Shown here piece after piece: positions 21,744 through 32,723 of a DNA stretch of 64,000 bases. The stretch lies in the NCBI GenBank assembly GCA_965206645.1, contig CBDBKE010000004.1, positions 160,001 to 224,000 on the forward strand, given 5' to 3'. Position numbers and translations under genes: made by a program. The first letter of the stretch is position 1, and each line of letters begins with the position of its first letter. Origin of the DNA: Terriglobia bacterium. Lineage in GTDB: Bacteria > Acidobacteriota > Terriglobia > JAJPHL01 > JAPKYU01. The notes beneath the pieces are model-generated. The model was given only the letters and a program-made list of their open reading frames with translations, searched no databases and had not been told where the DNA came from.

Positions 21744-21768
21744 CCGATGAGCCTGTAGCCGGGCAGGC

Positions 21769-24700
21769 TCAGGGCAGGCGGGCCAGCTCGACACGAGCGC
21801 GGAGCAGGCTGGCGTCGAAGATTAAGGCTCGCTGGAAGGCGTCGCGCGCGACCGCCATTCGGCCAGCGTGACGGGCCAGCAGGCCGCGCAGGTATGAACC
21901 TTGGGCGCGTTGTTGGCGCCGTGGGGCGCGCTCCAAGCCTTCGGCGTCGCTGCGCACAGATTCCAGAAGCAGCTCGGCCTGTTGGGTGCGGCCGAGGTGG
22001 GTCAGAGCCTGGGCGCGGAAGAAGCGTTCCTCAGGGCTGTCGGCCCCAGGACTAGCGATCTCTGCGGCGGCCAGTTCCCAGCGCTGCTGGAAGGCCAGCA
22101 GGCGGGCGCTAAGCCGACCGCCTGACTCATCCGACCCCAGGCCAGCCGGTGACTCGGCGGCGGCAGCAAAGCGCGCCGCGGCCACCTGCAGGTCGCCGTG
22201 CCGCTCAGCTCCCCCCCCCAGCCCAGGTGAACTTCCCGATACAGGTCCAGCAGCGAACGCGCCACCAGTTGCGGGCGGAAGGGGTGGCTGCGAAGCAGTT
22301 CGGCGGCCTCAGCCCAGAGTCCCTGCTGTGCCAGCAGCGCGGCGCGTTGTTCCACCACACGATCGTCATCGGCTGGCATGCCCTCCAGCAGCGCGGAGGC
22401 GTCGCGGGTGCGGTCCTGCTTCGAGTACACTCGTGCCAGCACCAGCCCGGTGGAAATGTCGTCGGGGGCCAGTTCGGCTGCGCGAGCCAGTGCGGCTAAC
22501 CCGGCTTCCTGATCGCCCACCTCCAGTTCAGCCGTGCCCAGGGCGCGCACCGCCAGGTAGTGGGGCTGCTCGCCGGCGCGCGCCTGGCGCCAGGCTGATA
22601 GGGCCTCCGGCTTCCGGTCCAGCGCCCACATCAAGGTGCCCAGCAAGTAGGAAGCGACTGAATCGCTGGGGTTGGCCTGCGCGGCGAACTGCAGGATGGC
22701 GACTTCCTCACGGCGGAATGGCCAGACGCCTAGCGTCAGTTCGCAGGAGGCGCCTTCCGCCAGATCCCTTCGAACCGCAGGAGGGATTTCGTCGGCCCTG
22801 GCCTGGGAAGCCGTGGCCTGCTGCGCCTGCGCGTAGGCGCGGTAGTAGAACAGCAGTGGATGGCGGGCGCCGGAAGCGGCCAGCCCGAGGCTGGCGATTT
22901 CGGCGCCCGACTCCCAGGCCCTTAGGCGCATGTAAGCGGCGGCTAGTTCCAAATAGCCCTGGACGTGGCGCACCACTCGCTGGTCCACGGCTGTGGTCGG
23001 GCCGGTGCGAGCGAACATCTTTTCGGCGGCGACGAAGGCGCTAGTCGGGTCCAGCGCGTCCAGTGCCGCTAGCTCATTGGCTGCCTCGCGGGGGCGTTCC
23101 ATCCGGCGCAGGGCATAGGCCAGAGATTCGCGGGCGCTGCGGTCTTGGCCATTGCCTTTCAGCACGCGGCGGAACAGGCGGGTGGCCGGCGCAGGGCGGC
23201 CTTCCAGCAGCTCCGCGCGTCCCAGCTCGAATTGCGCGCGGGTGTACTTCTGCGAACCGGGGAACACCTGGTAGAGCTGACGGCGCGCGGCGGCGATCCG
23301 GCCACGCTCCAGGTTCACCGGGCCGAGGTGGTAGCGCGCTTCGCCCCAATCCGGGGCGCGCTCGACGGCCGCACGGAACGTTCGCTCGGCGCTTTCCCAG
23401 TCCGCGCGCGCGAAGGCCAGCAGGCCCAGTTCCAGCAGCGCAGGGGCGAACCGGGCGTCGCTCCGTAGGGCCGCGCGGAAGCTCACGGTAGCCCTCTCCG
23501 GATCGCCCGATTTCAATTCGGCGACACCCTTACGATATGCCTCGTCGGCCGAAAGCGACTCAAGTGGGCCGAAGTTTCGCGCAAGGATATCGATGGCCAG
23601 CTCTTCCGGCTGAGCCGGCGTCCAACGCAGCAGCGTGGTGCCCTGGGCATCCGTTACCTCGACCGCATCCACCAGGGTAGCCGAGCCTGCAACGAGGCCG
23701 AGCACAAAGTCGCGCCGCCACGGCTTCTTCGGAGACAGGTCAGCCGAGGTACGGGCGATTTCGCGACCGCGGTGTAGAAGCCGCACCGTCGCCTGCTTCC
23801 AGACGCGGGTGGGGGAGATTCCCACCATCACCGCGCCGGGTTTCTCCATCACGTTCAGCGCACCGTTAAGGTTGGCGGTGATGAAGCCGCCGATGCCCCG
23901 CACCGGGTACCAGTATTCGGTCCAGCCATCGGTGGCGCCGTGCTCGAGAAACTCGTACTGGCGATGCCCGGCGAAGCGACCACTGCGCAGCTCGACGTAG
24001 GGGCCGTCGGCATCGGTGTAGGTGGAAACGAGCTGGCGGCCGGGCGCCCCGGCGCCCCAGGTCCAGATCCCGGCGCCTCGGGCCACAAAGCGGTTTGCGT
24101 GGCGCACCAGGCCGCGGTCCTTTTCCACGTCGTGGGAGCCAATGTAGTCGTCAGCCAGATCGAGAGCGAGCAGGCCCACCGCCCGCTGGTGGTTACGATA
24201 CCGGCTCCAGTCGATGCCGTCGGCCACCGGCCAGGGGCTCCACTGCGAAGACCCCGAGGCGCGGGCGCGTGTCATCGGGTAGAGGAACCGGGTGCCCGCA
24301 GAGGCTGGTATGGCAGCGTTGGTCCAGAGCAGGTAGCGCTTGCGGGTGCTGTTGGGGTTGAACAGGTTTAGCGTGACCTCGATGTAGGAGCGGCGGGGGT
24401 AGAGTCGGAAAGTGGCCAGCAGCTTGGTGCGGAACAGGTGGTCTACGTGGGAGAGCACGACGGCCACGCTGCCGTCGCGACCCAGCAGCACCGCGTCAGC
24501 CCATGGCTCGCCGGGATAGGTGAGCGTGTGCGCACCGTAGGGCCCGTACACCTCGAAACCGCCCGTCGGCCATGCCCCGCGCGGATTGCGATTGGTGGGC
24601 TTGACCACGTGGTTTTCGTAGAACACCGGCTGCCCGGTGGCCTTCTCGGTAGCCGACCAGATGCGGCCTCCCAGTTCGGGTACCAACGTCACCCGGAGGT

Positions 24701-24968
24701 ATTCGTTCTCCAGCACAATGGAGCGGTAGGTCTTGGTTTCCGGCGTCCGGCTCAGCGTAGTGCGATCGAAAGAGGCGTAAGGATAGAGGCCGCTGTCGTA
24801 CCGGGGAAATAGCGGCGGGGCCGGCTTCGTTCTGGCCAAGGTGTAGGTGGGCAAGACGAGCTTCTCTTCGCCGACGATTACGCTTCCCGCCGGAGCAGCT
24901 CCGGCGGTCTGGAGCAGCGTGCAGGCCAGCACGGAGAAGGCAACCGGCAGCCAGGCGCCGAGAGACAT
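21769..24968 (-). CDS. DUF5107 + TPR protein, secreted; frameshifted near 22215
   Basis: LENEYLRV...PELGGRI, WTNAA, WTWG, GPYVEL and EYWYP motifs, then TPRs; the TPR-like C-terminus continues in another frame (21769..22185) after a G9 run. Confidence 0.8.
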
Positions 24969-25122
24969 GAATCTATTTCACCACAACATGCCACGAACCA
25001 GCCACAAACCGGAAGGATCACATTGCCTGCAAGTAACTCAAAAGGCAAGGGGATGACGGGCGGAGGATGACCTGGAAAAAAGACTGATGCCCGAAAGCCT
25101 CAGTGCCTCACCGCTACGTTCA

Positions 25123-25154
25123 TTTTTGCTTTGTCCGGCCGGACAAAGCAAAAA
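25123..25154. repeat. Perfect 32-bp palindrome
   Basis: TTTTTGCTTTGTCCGG|CCGGACAAAGCAAAAA. Confidence 0.85.
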
Positions 25155-25189
25155 AAACCGCCTCCAGACGGGTGAGCGTCTGGAGGCGG
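25150..25189 (-). terminator. Intrinsic terminator of the TonB-receptor gene
   Basis: 13-bp stem CCGCCTCCAGACG/CGTCTGGAGGCGG with a 6-nt loop, followed by T8 on the minus strand. Confidence 0.88.
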
Positions 25190-25206
25190 ATGCGTGTAAG
25201 TAGAAG

Positions 25207-28200
25207 CTAGAAGTTGAGCTTCAATGCCATCTGTCCCGTGCGAGCTTGATTCCCTGCGCCGCTAATCGTGCCAAAGGTAAGTTGGCTCACATCAATGGAA
25301 GGATTGCCGAACCGAACCCGGTTGAGGACGTTGAAGAACTCAATCCGCCATTCGATATTGACACGTTCCGTGATGCTCGTTCGCTTGATCAGCCCGATGT
25401 TCTCCTGGTAGAACGGGAAAGTCCTGACACCTGTGACAGAGGGCCCGTTTCCGAAGGTAAAGTCGGCGGGAATCTCAAAAGCAGATGGGTTGAGGAACTT
25501 ATCGCGTGATGCTGTGGCTAAACCGACGCCGGGGTCGAAATCGCCGCTGGCCCCTCCCTGAGACACTCCCGAAACTACGTTGGGAAGCTGGCGGCGACTG
25601 AACAAGCCCACGGTGTTGGGGGCAATCACCTGGATCGGATTTCCCGTCTGGTAGGTCAGGGCCCCAGTGATATTCCAGCCGCTCAGCACCTTGGCCGCAG
25701 CGCCGGTCGTCCCGCCGCCTAGCAGCTTTCCAGGACCAATCGGCAGTTCATACATGAACGCCGTGACCCATCGCGCCGCGATGTCGGAAGGCGCAATCGC
25801 CTTTTCCAGTTGCCGGTTATAGAAGTCGCGCGCCCGTGGCGACCAGAAAGCGCCCCAATTGGAATCCGAGTCGGTCAGCATCTTGGACCAGCGGAACGAA
25901 CTCAGCAGGTATAGGCCCCCCGTGAGCCGTCTCTCAAGCTTCGCTTGAAATGAGTGGAAAGTTGAGTTTCCAATGCCAACCGCGTCGATCGAGTCCCCGC
26001 CGATGTCCCCAACGGTCCCGACCAGGTTGTATTGCGGGAAAGGCCGCAAGGCCTGGGCCAGGGTGCCATCGAATCCTGCGTAGGGAGGCGAGAAGCCAGC
26101 CGCCGCAACCGCAGGGTCGTTAATGTTTCTGGTGAGCAGACCTGCGGGCCCCAGCGAGAGGAAGCTGGGATTGAGCTGGTTTTGATTAAAGATACCGCTC
26201 GTCAGCCGCGTTCCCTTGTTGCCCACATAGGCGACGTCAATGAGCCAATTGCCGGGCAACTGATGCTGAATATTGAAGCTCCATTCCTGCCTGTAAGGTA
26301 TTTTGTCAGTATCGTGGAACTCCCAGGCGCGGCCGCCATTGGCGAAGCCCGGCTCAAGAAGCGGAGGCCGCCGATAGAATGGAAATCCCAGAGTATCGGG
26401 ATTGCTCCAGTTGTAGGCAGGCGAGATGCCGTTATCGGGCGATATTAAACTGGGAAGGGCCTCAAAGCCGATCGCCGAGCGCCGCAGGTTCCCGGCCATG
26501 TGGATCATCGTCCCGTAGTAGTGGACGCCGTATCCGACACGAAGCACCGACGAAGGCGCAAACCTCCAGGCTATACCGATGCGCGGAGCAAAGTTGGTCT
26601 TATCCACCTTGTCCGCGCCGAGTAAACGGCTCGCTCCGGTGCGTCCCGGGCCTTGACCAGCAAAAATTAGCGCACCAGGTCGTCCCCCGGCGTCGGGATT
26701 GGGCAGGTTGAGATCCAGGACCGACCAGTTGTCATTCACATCGCGCATGGGAGTGAAAATATCCCACCGCACACCCATGTTCAGCGTGAGGGTCGGGGTG
26801 AGCTTGATGTCATTCTGGAAATATATTCCCAACATATTGACCCGAGACCTCGATAGTCCGTCGGGTTGAAATGCCGGGTCCAGAAGCCCCGCCGAGTCTA
26901 CATCGCCTAACAAGTAGCTCGCAAAATCAAGGCCCGTTCCGCCCGTGCCAGGCAGTCCAGTCTGGGTCCGCCTAAAATTAAAGCGCCCGTTGCTGGGAGC
27001 CGAAAACTGGTCCACGTGGATGGTGCGGTAGTCCATACCGATCTTGATGTTGTGCTTGCCGCGAAGCACCGTCAGAGTGTCCGAAAAAACGTAGACGTTT
27101 TGATAGAAATTCGTGTTCGTATCAATCGAGCCCCCGGAGCCGCTGATTCGAGCATAGCTTCCAGCCTCAAAGTTGATGTCGGGAAACGCGCCGTCATGGA
27201 GGCCGGTGAATGGGGCCTGCCCCTGCGGGCCCCGCATGCCGAAGCCCAGTGTGTCCGCCCATCCGTCTCCATCGCCCAGCATGAAGAACCCCTCAGGGTT
27301 CTGATTGAAGCCGCCCGCCAAATGATTGGTCACCGTCGGCGAGATTACGAAGTCCCAAGCGCCCCGAATATTCAAATTGTGGAAGCTCCCCCTTGCGTTC
27401 TGGCCGTGCGGGAAGGGGATGTCACCGACAGTTAACCTGGGCGCGGGAGAATAATTGTACATGCCGTAGATGCTGTGCTTGTCTTTAATCCGATGATCCA
27501 TTCTTATGGTCAGCTTATAGAGTTTTTGTTTGGGCGCGGTTGTAGACAGAAAATTGTTGAACTCGCCCGCACTTGTCGGGCCAGTGAGAAAGCCGTTGAT
27601 GTTCCGTGATATCGCACTGATCCGGTCCGATGGGATGATGTTGCCGGGAAACGGGTCGCGAATGAGCCCGCCTGGCCCTTCGCGGGTGGTTGCCGGGTCG
27701 AAGATCTGGTTCGCCTGATAGGGAGTCCCTGCGATCGGAGCTCCCAACAGCCTAGAAAGATCGCCGCTCTTGGCGGCGGCAGTTGGCACGGAAAGAAAAG
27801 CGCTCCCTCCGGCATCGCTCCGCCTGAAGTAGGTTTGGTTCGCAAAGACGAAGGTCCGATCCTTAAAGACTGGGCCGCCGATACTCCCTCCATACTCGTG
27901 CCAGCGCCGCTTCGGCACCGATGTGGCGAAGTAACCTCTCGCGTCCAGGTAGTCGTTACGCCAGAATTCATACAGGTTTCCGTGCCACTCATTGGTTCCG
28001 GACTTTGTGGTGAAACGTGCGACACCACCACCGGAGGAGGTCTCCGCCGTGGAGGTGCTTTGCGCCATCGAAGCTTCCTGAATCGCTTCGGGCGCGAAGG
28101 TCAACTCCCGACCTGTATTGGTCCACACCCCCGCTTGCGTACTCAGGCCGTCCAGGTGCATTTCCATGGTAAAGACCTGGCCACCATTCATTCTTTGGAA

Positions 28201-28758
28201 GAAGGTACTACCAACCTGTGAACTGCTGCTCCCGTCAGGGGCAGAGGTGCCGCCCGAAGAGGCGCCCGGCGTCAGGAAAATGAATTGAAGCGGCTGGCGG
28301 CCGCGGCCCCCAACCTCCAGAGGGATATCTGTCATCACGACTTGAGGGAGGACGCTTCCGACCTCGGTGGTCTCGGTTCTCAGTTGTGGCGCCGCCGCCG
28401 TCACTTCCACGCTTTCGGCCACCGCGCCCAGTTCCAGCGTGATGTCTAAGCCGACCACCTGCGAGACGTTCACTTCGACACCGGCTTGCACTGCGCGCTT
28501 GAAGCCGGCCAGCTCCACCGACACGACGTAGGTCTCCGGCCGCAGGTTCGCAACGTTGTACAGGCCGGAGGCGCTGGTCGTCGTTGTTAAGGCGACTCCC
28601 GTGGTAATGTTGGTGACTGTGACTGTGGCTCCGGGGACAGCTGCTCCCGTGGGATCCAGCACTGTTCCCCGAATCACTCCGCGCTCACCTACCTGTGCCG
28701 GCAAGTTCAGCGCGAATGCCAACACAAAAACCACGCCAAGAGACAGACTCTTCCTCAT
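25207..28758 (-). CDS. TonB-dependent outer-membrane receptor (Oar-like) with carboxypeptidase-regulatory-like N-domain
   Basis: Signal peptide, GTVLDPTGAAVPGA, TKSGTN...HG, NFAPRIG, C-terminal QMALKLNF. Confidence 0.92.
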   Translation of the reverse strand: MRKSLSLGVVFVLAFALNLPAQVGERGVIRGTVLDPTGAAVPGATVTVTNITTGVALTTTTSASGLYNVANLRPETYVVSVELAGFKRAVQAGVEVNVSQVVGLDITLELGAVAESVEVTAAAPQLRTETTEVGSVLPQVVMTDIPLEVGGRGRQPLQFIFLTPGASSGGTSAPDGSSSSQVGSTFFQRMNGGQVFTMEMHLDGLSTQAGVWTNTGRELTFAPEAIQEASMAQSTSTAETSSGGGVARFTTKSGTNEWHGNLYEFWRNDYLDARGYFATSVPKRRWHEYGGSIGGPVFKDRTFVFANQTYFRRSDAGGSAFLSVPTAAAKSGDLSRLLGAPIAGTPYQANQIFDPATTREGPGGLIRDPFPGNIIPSDRISAISRNINGFLTGPTSAGEFNNFLSTTAPKQKLYKLTIRMDHRIKDKHSIYGMYNYSPAPRLTVGDIPFPHGQNARGSFHNLNIRGAWDFVISPTVTNHLAGGFNQNPEGFFMLGDGDGWADTLGFGMRGPQGQAPFTGLHDGAFPDINFEAGSYARISGSGGSIDTNTNFYQNVYVFSDTLTVLRGKHNIKIGMDYRTIHVDQFSAPSNGRFNFRRTQTGLPGTGGTGLDFASYLLGDVDSAGLLDPAFQPDGLSRSRVNMLGIYFQNDIKLTPTLTLNMGVRWDIFTPMRDVNDNWSVLDLNLPNPDAGGRPGALIFAGQGPGRTGASRLLGADKVDKTNFAPRIGIAWRFAPSSVLRVGYGVHYYGTMIHMAGNLRRSAIGFEALPSLISPDNGISPAYNWSNPDTLGFPFYRRPPLLEPGFANGGRAWEFHDTDKIPYRQEWSFNIQHQLPGNWLIDVAYVGNKGTRLTSGIFNQNQLNPSFLSLGPAGLLTRNINDPAVAAAGFSPPYAGFDGTLAQALRPFPQYNLVGTVGDIGGDSIDAVGIGNSTFHSFQAKLERRLTGGLYLLSSFRWSKMLTDSDSNWGAFWSPRARDFYNRQLEKAIAPSDIAARWVTAFMYELPIGPGKLLGGGTTGAAAKVLSGWNITGALTYQTGNPIQVIAPNTVGLFSRRQLPNVVSGVSQGGASGDFDPGVGLATASRDKFLNPSAFEIPADFTFGNGPSVTGVRTFPFYQENIGLIKRTSITERVNIEWRIEFFNVLNRVRFGNPSIDVSQLTFGTISGAGNQARTGQMALKLNF

Positions 28759-28812
28759 GATGGTCAAAACTCCTCTTTTCGTAAGCTAGACTTTCCACCC
28801 GAAACTGGGCAG

Positions 28813-28853
28813 ATAGTAGGACAGTGCCATTTACCGTGTCAAGTGTTTTTTTT
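28813..28853 (-). promoter_or_regulatory. Sigma70 promoter of the TonB-receptor gene with upstream A-tract
   Basis: Minus strand reads A9-CAC-TTGACA-N18-TACTAT. Confidence 0.65.
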
Positions 28854-29128
28854 ACGTCGTTTAGCCGACATCACCACTAGCCGAGAAATGCGCCCTGGTG
28901 GCGCCCACCCGCTCAAATGCTCGCGCCTGTTCGCACATTACGCCGTGCACCTCGAAGCCGGGGGCGGCAAGTCTGAGGATGAGGCTGAGGCTAAGGTGGA
29001 GGAATGTTCTCAATCCTCACGGGGCTGAGGCCGAGGAAGAAAAGCAGCTTCATGCCGGCTTTGCTATGGTCGCAGTCGTCCGGATCCGGACGGCTTCATC
29101 CTGGAAAAGGTCACTAAGGACATCCCAG

Positions 29129-32100
29129 TCAATTGGAAGCTGGCTGTGGAGGGGCAGGTTCGGTGCGCTCCGGCTCGCGTACCGTCAGGATATGGTTGGG
29201 CTGGACTCCCTCCAGCCGCTGCACCACTCCGCTGGGCCAGCGGATCTCCAGCAGGCGGATGGTCCGCTCACTCCCCAGGCCGAAGTGGACGCGCTTGTCG
29301 TTGGAGGACATGTAGCTGCCTGCGGTGCTCACAAAGGCGCGCTGCTCGCGTCCGGAGCCCGACACCAGGCGCAGCGCAGCCCCGATGCCTTCCCGGTTGC
29401 TGCGCGTGCCCACCGTGTTCACCAGCAGCCAGTAGTTCTCCGGCGGGCTGGCATTGCGCAGGACCAGCGCCGGACCGTCCAGGACACTGACGACGATATC
29501 CGGCCGCCCGTCGTTGTTCAGGTCGCCGAAGGCTGCGCCACGGGCGGCCAGCGGAACCTGGAAGGCCGGGCCCGCCTGCTGGGATACATCCTCGAAGCGG
29601 CCGCCCAGGTTGCGCATCAGCAGCAGCGGCTCCAGGTAACGCGCGAAGGTCTGCCGCAAGTGGATGTTGTCCATCACGTGGCCCTGGGCCACCATCAGGT
29701 CCTTCCAGCCGTCATTGTCGAAATCGACGAACTTGGTGCCCCAGCCCGAGTGCAACAGCGTGATGCGGGCGACCTCGGTGGGCCCTGAGGCGTACTCAAA
29801 CGAGTCGTCATCGTTGCGGAACAGCGCATAGCGCTGGGCAGCCAGAGCATTGACGAAGATGTCGGGCCAGCCATCATTGTCGTAGTCGCCGAAGTCAGTC
29901 CCCATCCCGGCAAACGTTTTTCCGTCGTCGTCATAAGCCAGGCCCAGCAACAGGGCGGTTTCGGTGAAGGTATCGTCGCCGTTGTTGCGGAACAGCTGCT
30001 GCGGGAACGAGTCGTTGGCCACGAAGATGTCAGGCCAGCCGTCGCGGTCGAAATCGTGCACCGCCACCCCCAACCCTTTTCCGGGCGAGGCTTCCACCCC
30101 CGATGGCCCAGACACATCGGTGAAGGTGCCGTCGCCATTGTTGCGGTAGAGCAGGTGGGAAATGGGCTTGAAACGGTCCGGGTGACAATACGCGCGGTAG
30201 CCGGGTTTGCGCGGTCCGCAGAACGGGCTCAACTGGAAGTCCCAGACCACGTAGCGCGTGACGAACAGGTCCAGGTGGCCATCGCGGTCATAGTCGAGGA
30301 AGGCTGCGCTGGCCGACCAGCCCCCGCCCCCTACGCCCGCCTGCTCTGTCACGTCGCGAAAGGTGCCGTCGCCGTTGTTGTGGTACAGGATGTTGTTCCC
30401 GTAATTGGTGACGTACAGGTCCGCATGCCCGTCGTTGTCATAGTCGCCCGCCACCGCCCCCATCCCGTAGGAATACCCCGCCACGCCCGCTTCCTCCGTG
30501 ACATCGGTGAAGGTGCCGTCTCCGTCGTTGCGGTACAGCCGGTTCCAATAGCGCGGCTCGGATTTGTCGGGCCGGGCGCCCTCCGGCATCGGGTCCGCCA
30601 GCGCCGCCCCGTTCACCAGGAACAGGTCCAGCAGCCCGTCGGCGTCGAAATCCAGCATCGCCACGCCGCCGACCATCGATTCCATCAGGTACTTCTCCGA
30701 GGTCTTGCTGTTCGCGGTCTTGAAGCTGATGCCCGAGCGGGCCGTCTCATCCACAAAGGAGATCGGGGGAGCCGTGGAAGCGGGCCTGGACTGCGGCCCG
30801 GCCCTCACCACCTCCAGAACCTTCTCCCGGGTCGCTCGCAAGCGCTTGAAGAGCGGTTCGGCTGCGGCCTCGTTGCCTTGGGCACGGTAAAGCCGTGCCA
30901 GGTTGTTCAGGGTCTGGGCCGCATCGGGATGCTCCGGGCCCAGAGCCTTCTCCTGGGTCGCCAGCAAGCGCTTGTAGAGTGGTTCGGCTGCGGCGTAGTC
31001 GCCCTGGATGTCGTAAAGCTCCGCTAGGTTGTTGAGGCTCGTGGCTATGTCGGGATGCTCCGGCCCCAGGGCTTTCTCCCGGATCGCCAGCGCGCGCTTG
31101 TAGAGCGGTTCGGCTGCCGCGTTGTTGCCTTGGATGTTGTAAAGCTCCGCCAAGTTGTTGAGGCTCGTGGCTACATCGGGATGCTCCGGCCCCAGAGCCT
31201 TCTCCCGGATCGGCAGCGCGCGCTTCAAGAGCGGTTCAGCTGCTGTGTAATTGCCCTGGGCGCGGTAAACCCCCGCTAGGTTGTTGAGGCTCCTGGCCAC
31301 GTCGGGATGCTCCGGCCCCAGAACCTTCTCCTGGATCGCCAGCGCGCGCTTCAAGAGCGGTTCGGCCGCGACGTAGTTGGCCTGGGCGTGATTCAGCCCC
31401 GCCAGGTTGTTGAGGCTCCTGGCCACATCGGGGTGCCCCGGCCACAGGGTCTCCTCCCGGATCGCCAGCGCGCGTTTCAACAGCGGTTCGGCTGCCGCGT
31501 TGTGGCCCTGGACGCGGTACAACTCCGCTAGGTTACTGAGGCTCGTGGCCACCGCGGGATGCTCCGGCCCCAGAGCCCTCTCCCGGATCGCCAGCGCACG
31601 CTTGTAGAGCGGTTCGGCTGCCGCGTTGTGGCCCTGGGCCTGGTAAATCCCCGCCAAGTTGTTGAGGGTCGTGGCCACCTCAGGATGCTCCGGCCCCAGA
31701 ACCTTCTCCTGGATCGCCAGTGAACGCTTCAAGAGCGGTTCGGCTTCCGCGTAGTTGCCCTGGGCGTGGTAAAACGCTGCTAGGTTGTTGAAACTCGTGG
31801 CTACGCTGGGATGCTCCGGTCCCAGAGCCTTCTCCTGGATCGCTAGCGCGCGCTTGAAGAGCGGTTCGGCTGCCGCGTAGCTGGCCCGGGCGTGGTACAG
31901 CCCCGCCAGGCTGCTAAGACTCGTGGCTACGTTGGGATGTTCCGGCCCCAGAACCTTCTTTTGAATCGCCAGCGCGCGTTTCAACAGCGGTTCGGCTTCC
32001 CCGTAGTTGCCCTGGGCACGGTAAAGCTCCGCCAGGTTGTTCAGGCTCGTGGCTACGTTGGGGTGCTCCGGCCCCAGAACCTTCTCCCGCATCGCCAGCG

Positions 32101-32419
32101 CGCGCTTCAACAGCGGTTCGGCTTCCCCGTACTTGCCCTGGGCATGATACAGCCCCGCCAGGTTGTTCAGGCTCGTGGCCACGCGCGGATCCTCTGGCCT
32201 AAAAGCTTCCGCTTCCTTGAGGGCAGCTTTGAGCTGCTTTTCGGCCTCGGCGTAACGGCCTTCCCGATAGGCCTTAGTAGCTGCCTCCATGTAGGTCTCC
32301 CAGTCCGGCGCCTGTGCCGAGGCGAAGTCTCCCGCGAAGGCCCACAAGGCGAGCGACAGCAAACCCACCAGCAACCAAGCATTGTCCTTGCCGGCCATTG
32401 CGATCACTCTTCTCGTCAT
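29129..32419 (-). CDS. Secreted TPR-array + CRTAC1-family (FG-GAP/ASPIC-UnbV) protein
   Basis: Signal peptide; 11 x 42-aa TPRs; repeated DYDNDG...D motifs; C-terminal ASPIC/UnbV-like HFGLG...IRWPSG. Confidence 0.9.
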   Translation of the reverse strand: MTRRVIAMAGKDNAWLLVGLLSLALWAFAGDFASAQAPDWETYMEAATKAYREGRYAEAEKQLKAALKEAEAFRPEDPRVATSLNNLAGLYHAQGKYGEAEPLLKRALAMREKVLGPEHPNVATSLNNLAELYRAQGNYGEAEPLLKRALAIQKKVLGPEHPNVATSLSSLAGLYHARASYAAAEPLFKRALAIQEKALGPEHPSVATSFNNLAAFYHAQGNYAEAEPLLKRSLAIQEKVLGPEHPEVATTLNNLAGIYQAQGHNAAAEPLYKRALAIRERALGPEHPAVATSLSNLAELYRVQGHNAAAEPLLKRALAIREETLWPGHPDVARSLNNLAGLNHAQANYVAAEPLLKRALAIQEKVLGPEHPDVARSLNNLAGVYRAQGNYTAAEPLLKRALPIREKALGPEHPDVATSLNNLAELYNIQGNNAAAEPLYKRALAIREKALGPEHPDIATSLNNLAELYDIQGDYAAAEPLYKRLLATQEKALGPEHPDAAQTLNNLARLYRAQGNEAAAEPLFKRLRATREKVLEVVRAGPQSRPASTAPPISFVDETARSGISFKTANSKTSEKYLMESMVGGVAMLDFDADGLLDLFLVNGAALADPMPEGARPDKSEPRYWNRLYRNDGDGTFTDVTEEAGVAGYSYGMGAVAGDYDNDGHADLYVTNYGNNILYHNNGDGTFRDVTEQAGVGGGGWSASAAFLDYDRDGHLDLFVTRYVVWDFQLSPFCGPRKPGYRAYCHPDRFKPISHLLYRNNGDGTFTDVSGPSGVEASPGKGLGVAVHDFDRDGWPDIFVANDSFPQQLFRNNGDDTFTETALLLGLAYDDDGKTFAGMGTDFGDYDNDGWPDIFVNALAAQRYALFRNDDDSFEYASGPTEVARITLLHSGWGTKFVDFDNDGWKDLMVAQGHVMDNIHLRQTFARYLEPLLLMRNLGGRFEDVSQQAGPAFQVPLAARGAAFGDLNNDGRPDIVVSVLDGPALVLRNASPPENYWLLVNTVGTRSNREGIGAALRLVSGSGREQRAFVSTAGSYMSSNDKRVHFGLGSERTIRLLEIRWPSGVVQRLEGVQPNHILTVREPERTEPAPPQPASN
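30809..32194 (-). repeat. 11 tandem 126-bp coding repeats (kinesin-light-chain-type TPR)
   Basis: Unit consensus EHPxVATSLNNLAxLYxAQGxYxxAEPLxKRALAIxEKxLGP. Confidence 0.92.
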
Positions 32420-32594
32420 CGGGCCTTACTTGCGGAAGCAAGCGCGAACAGATTTCGGGTCCCTACGGCCAATTTGCTCCTCAGAACTACTCCTCAGGAC
32501 TACTATGGAGGAGCTGTTGGCAAAGGACAACAGGTCAGGAATCCCGGCTGAAAGACCTGCTTTGCAGATAGCCTATTTCTGTTCCATTTCTCGA

Positions 32595-32630
32595 GGTTAT
32601 CTCTGTCAGGTTATCTTGATCGGGTTATCT
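32595..32630. promoter_or_regulatory. Three GGTTATCT direct repeats at 14-bp period (candidate operator)
   Basis: Copies start at 32595, 32609 and 32623 in intergenic DNA. Confidence 0.45.
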
Positions 32631-32723
32631 TGGGCGTGCTTGGCCCGGATGGCCCGAGTGTGGGCCAGGCCCTTTGCTAGTTCGTCGCTTTCGGCAGGAA
32701 GACCAAGTCATTCGCCTCTTCGT

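Noticed and set aside
28972-29040. TGAGG-type hexamer run
   Set aside because: Short and degenerate, with no supported function
30809-32194. Regular repeats as a CRISPR array or DGR template
   Set aside because: In-frame 126-bp coding repeats without unique spacers; no cas or reverse transcriptase gene in the window
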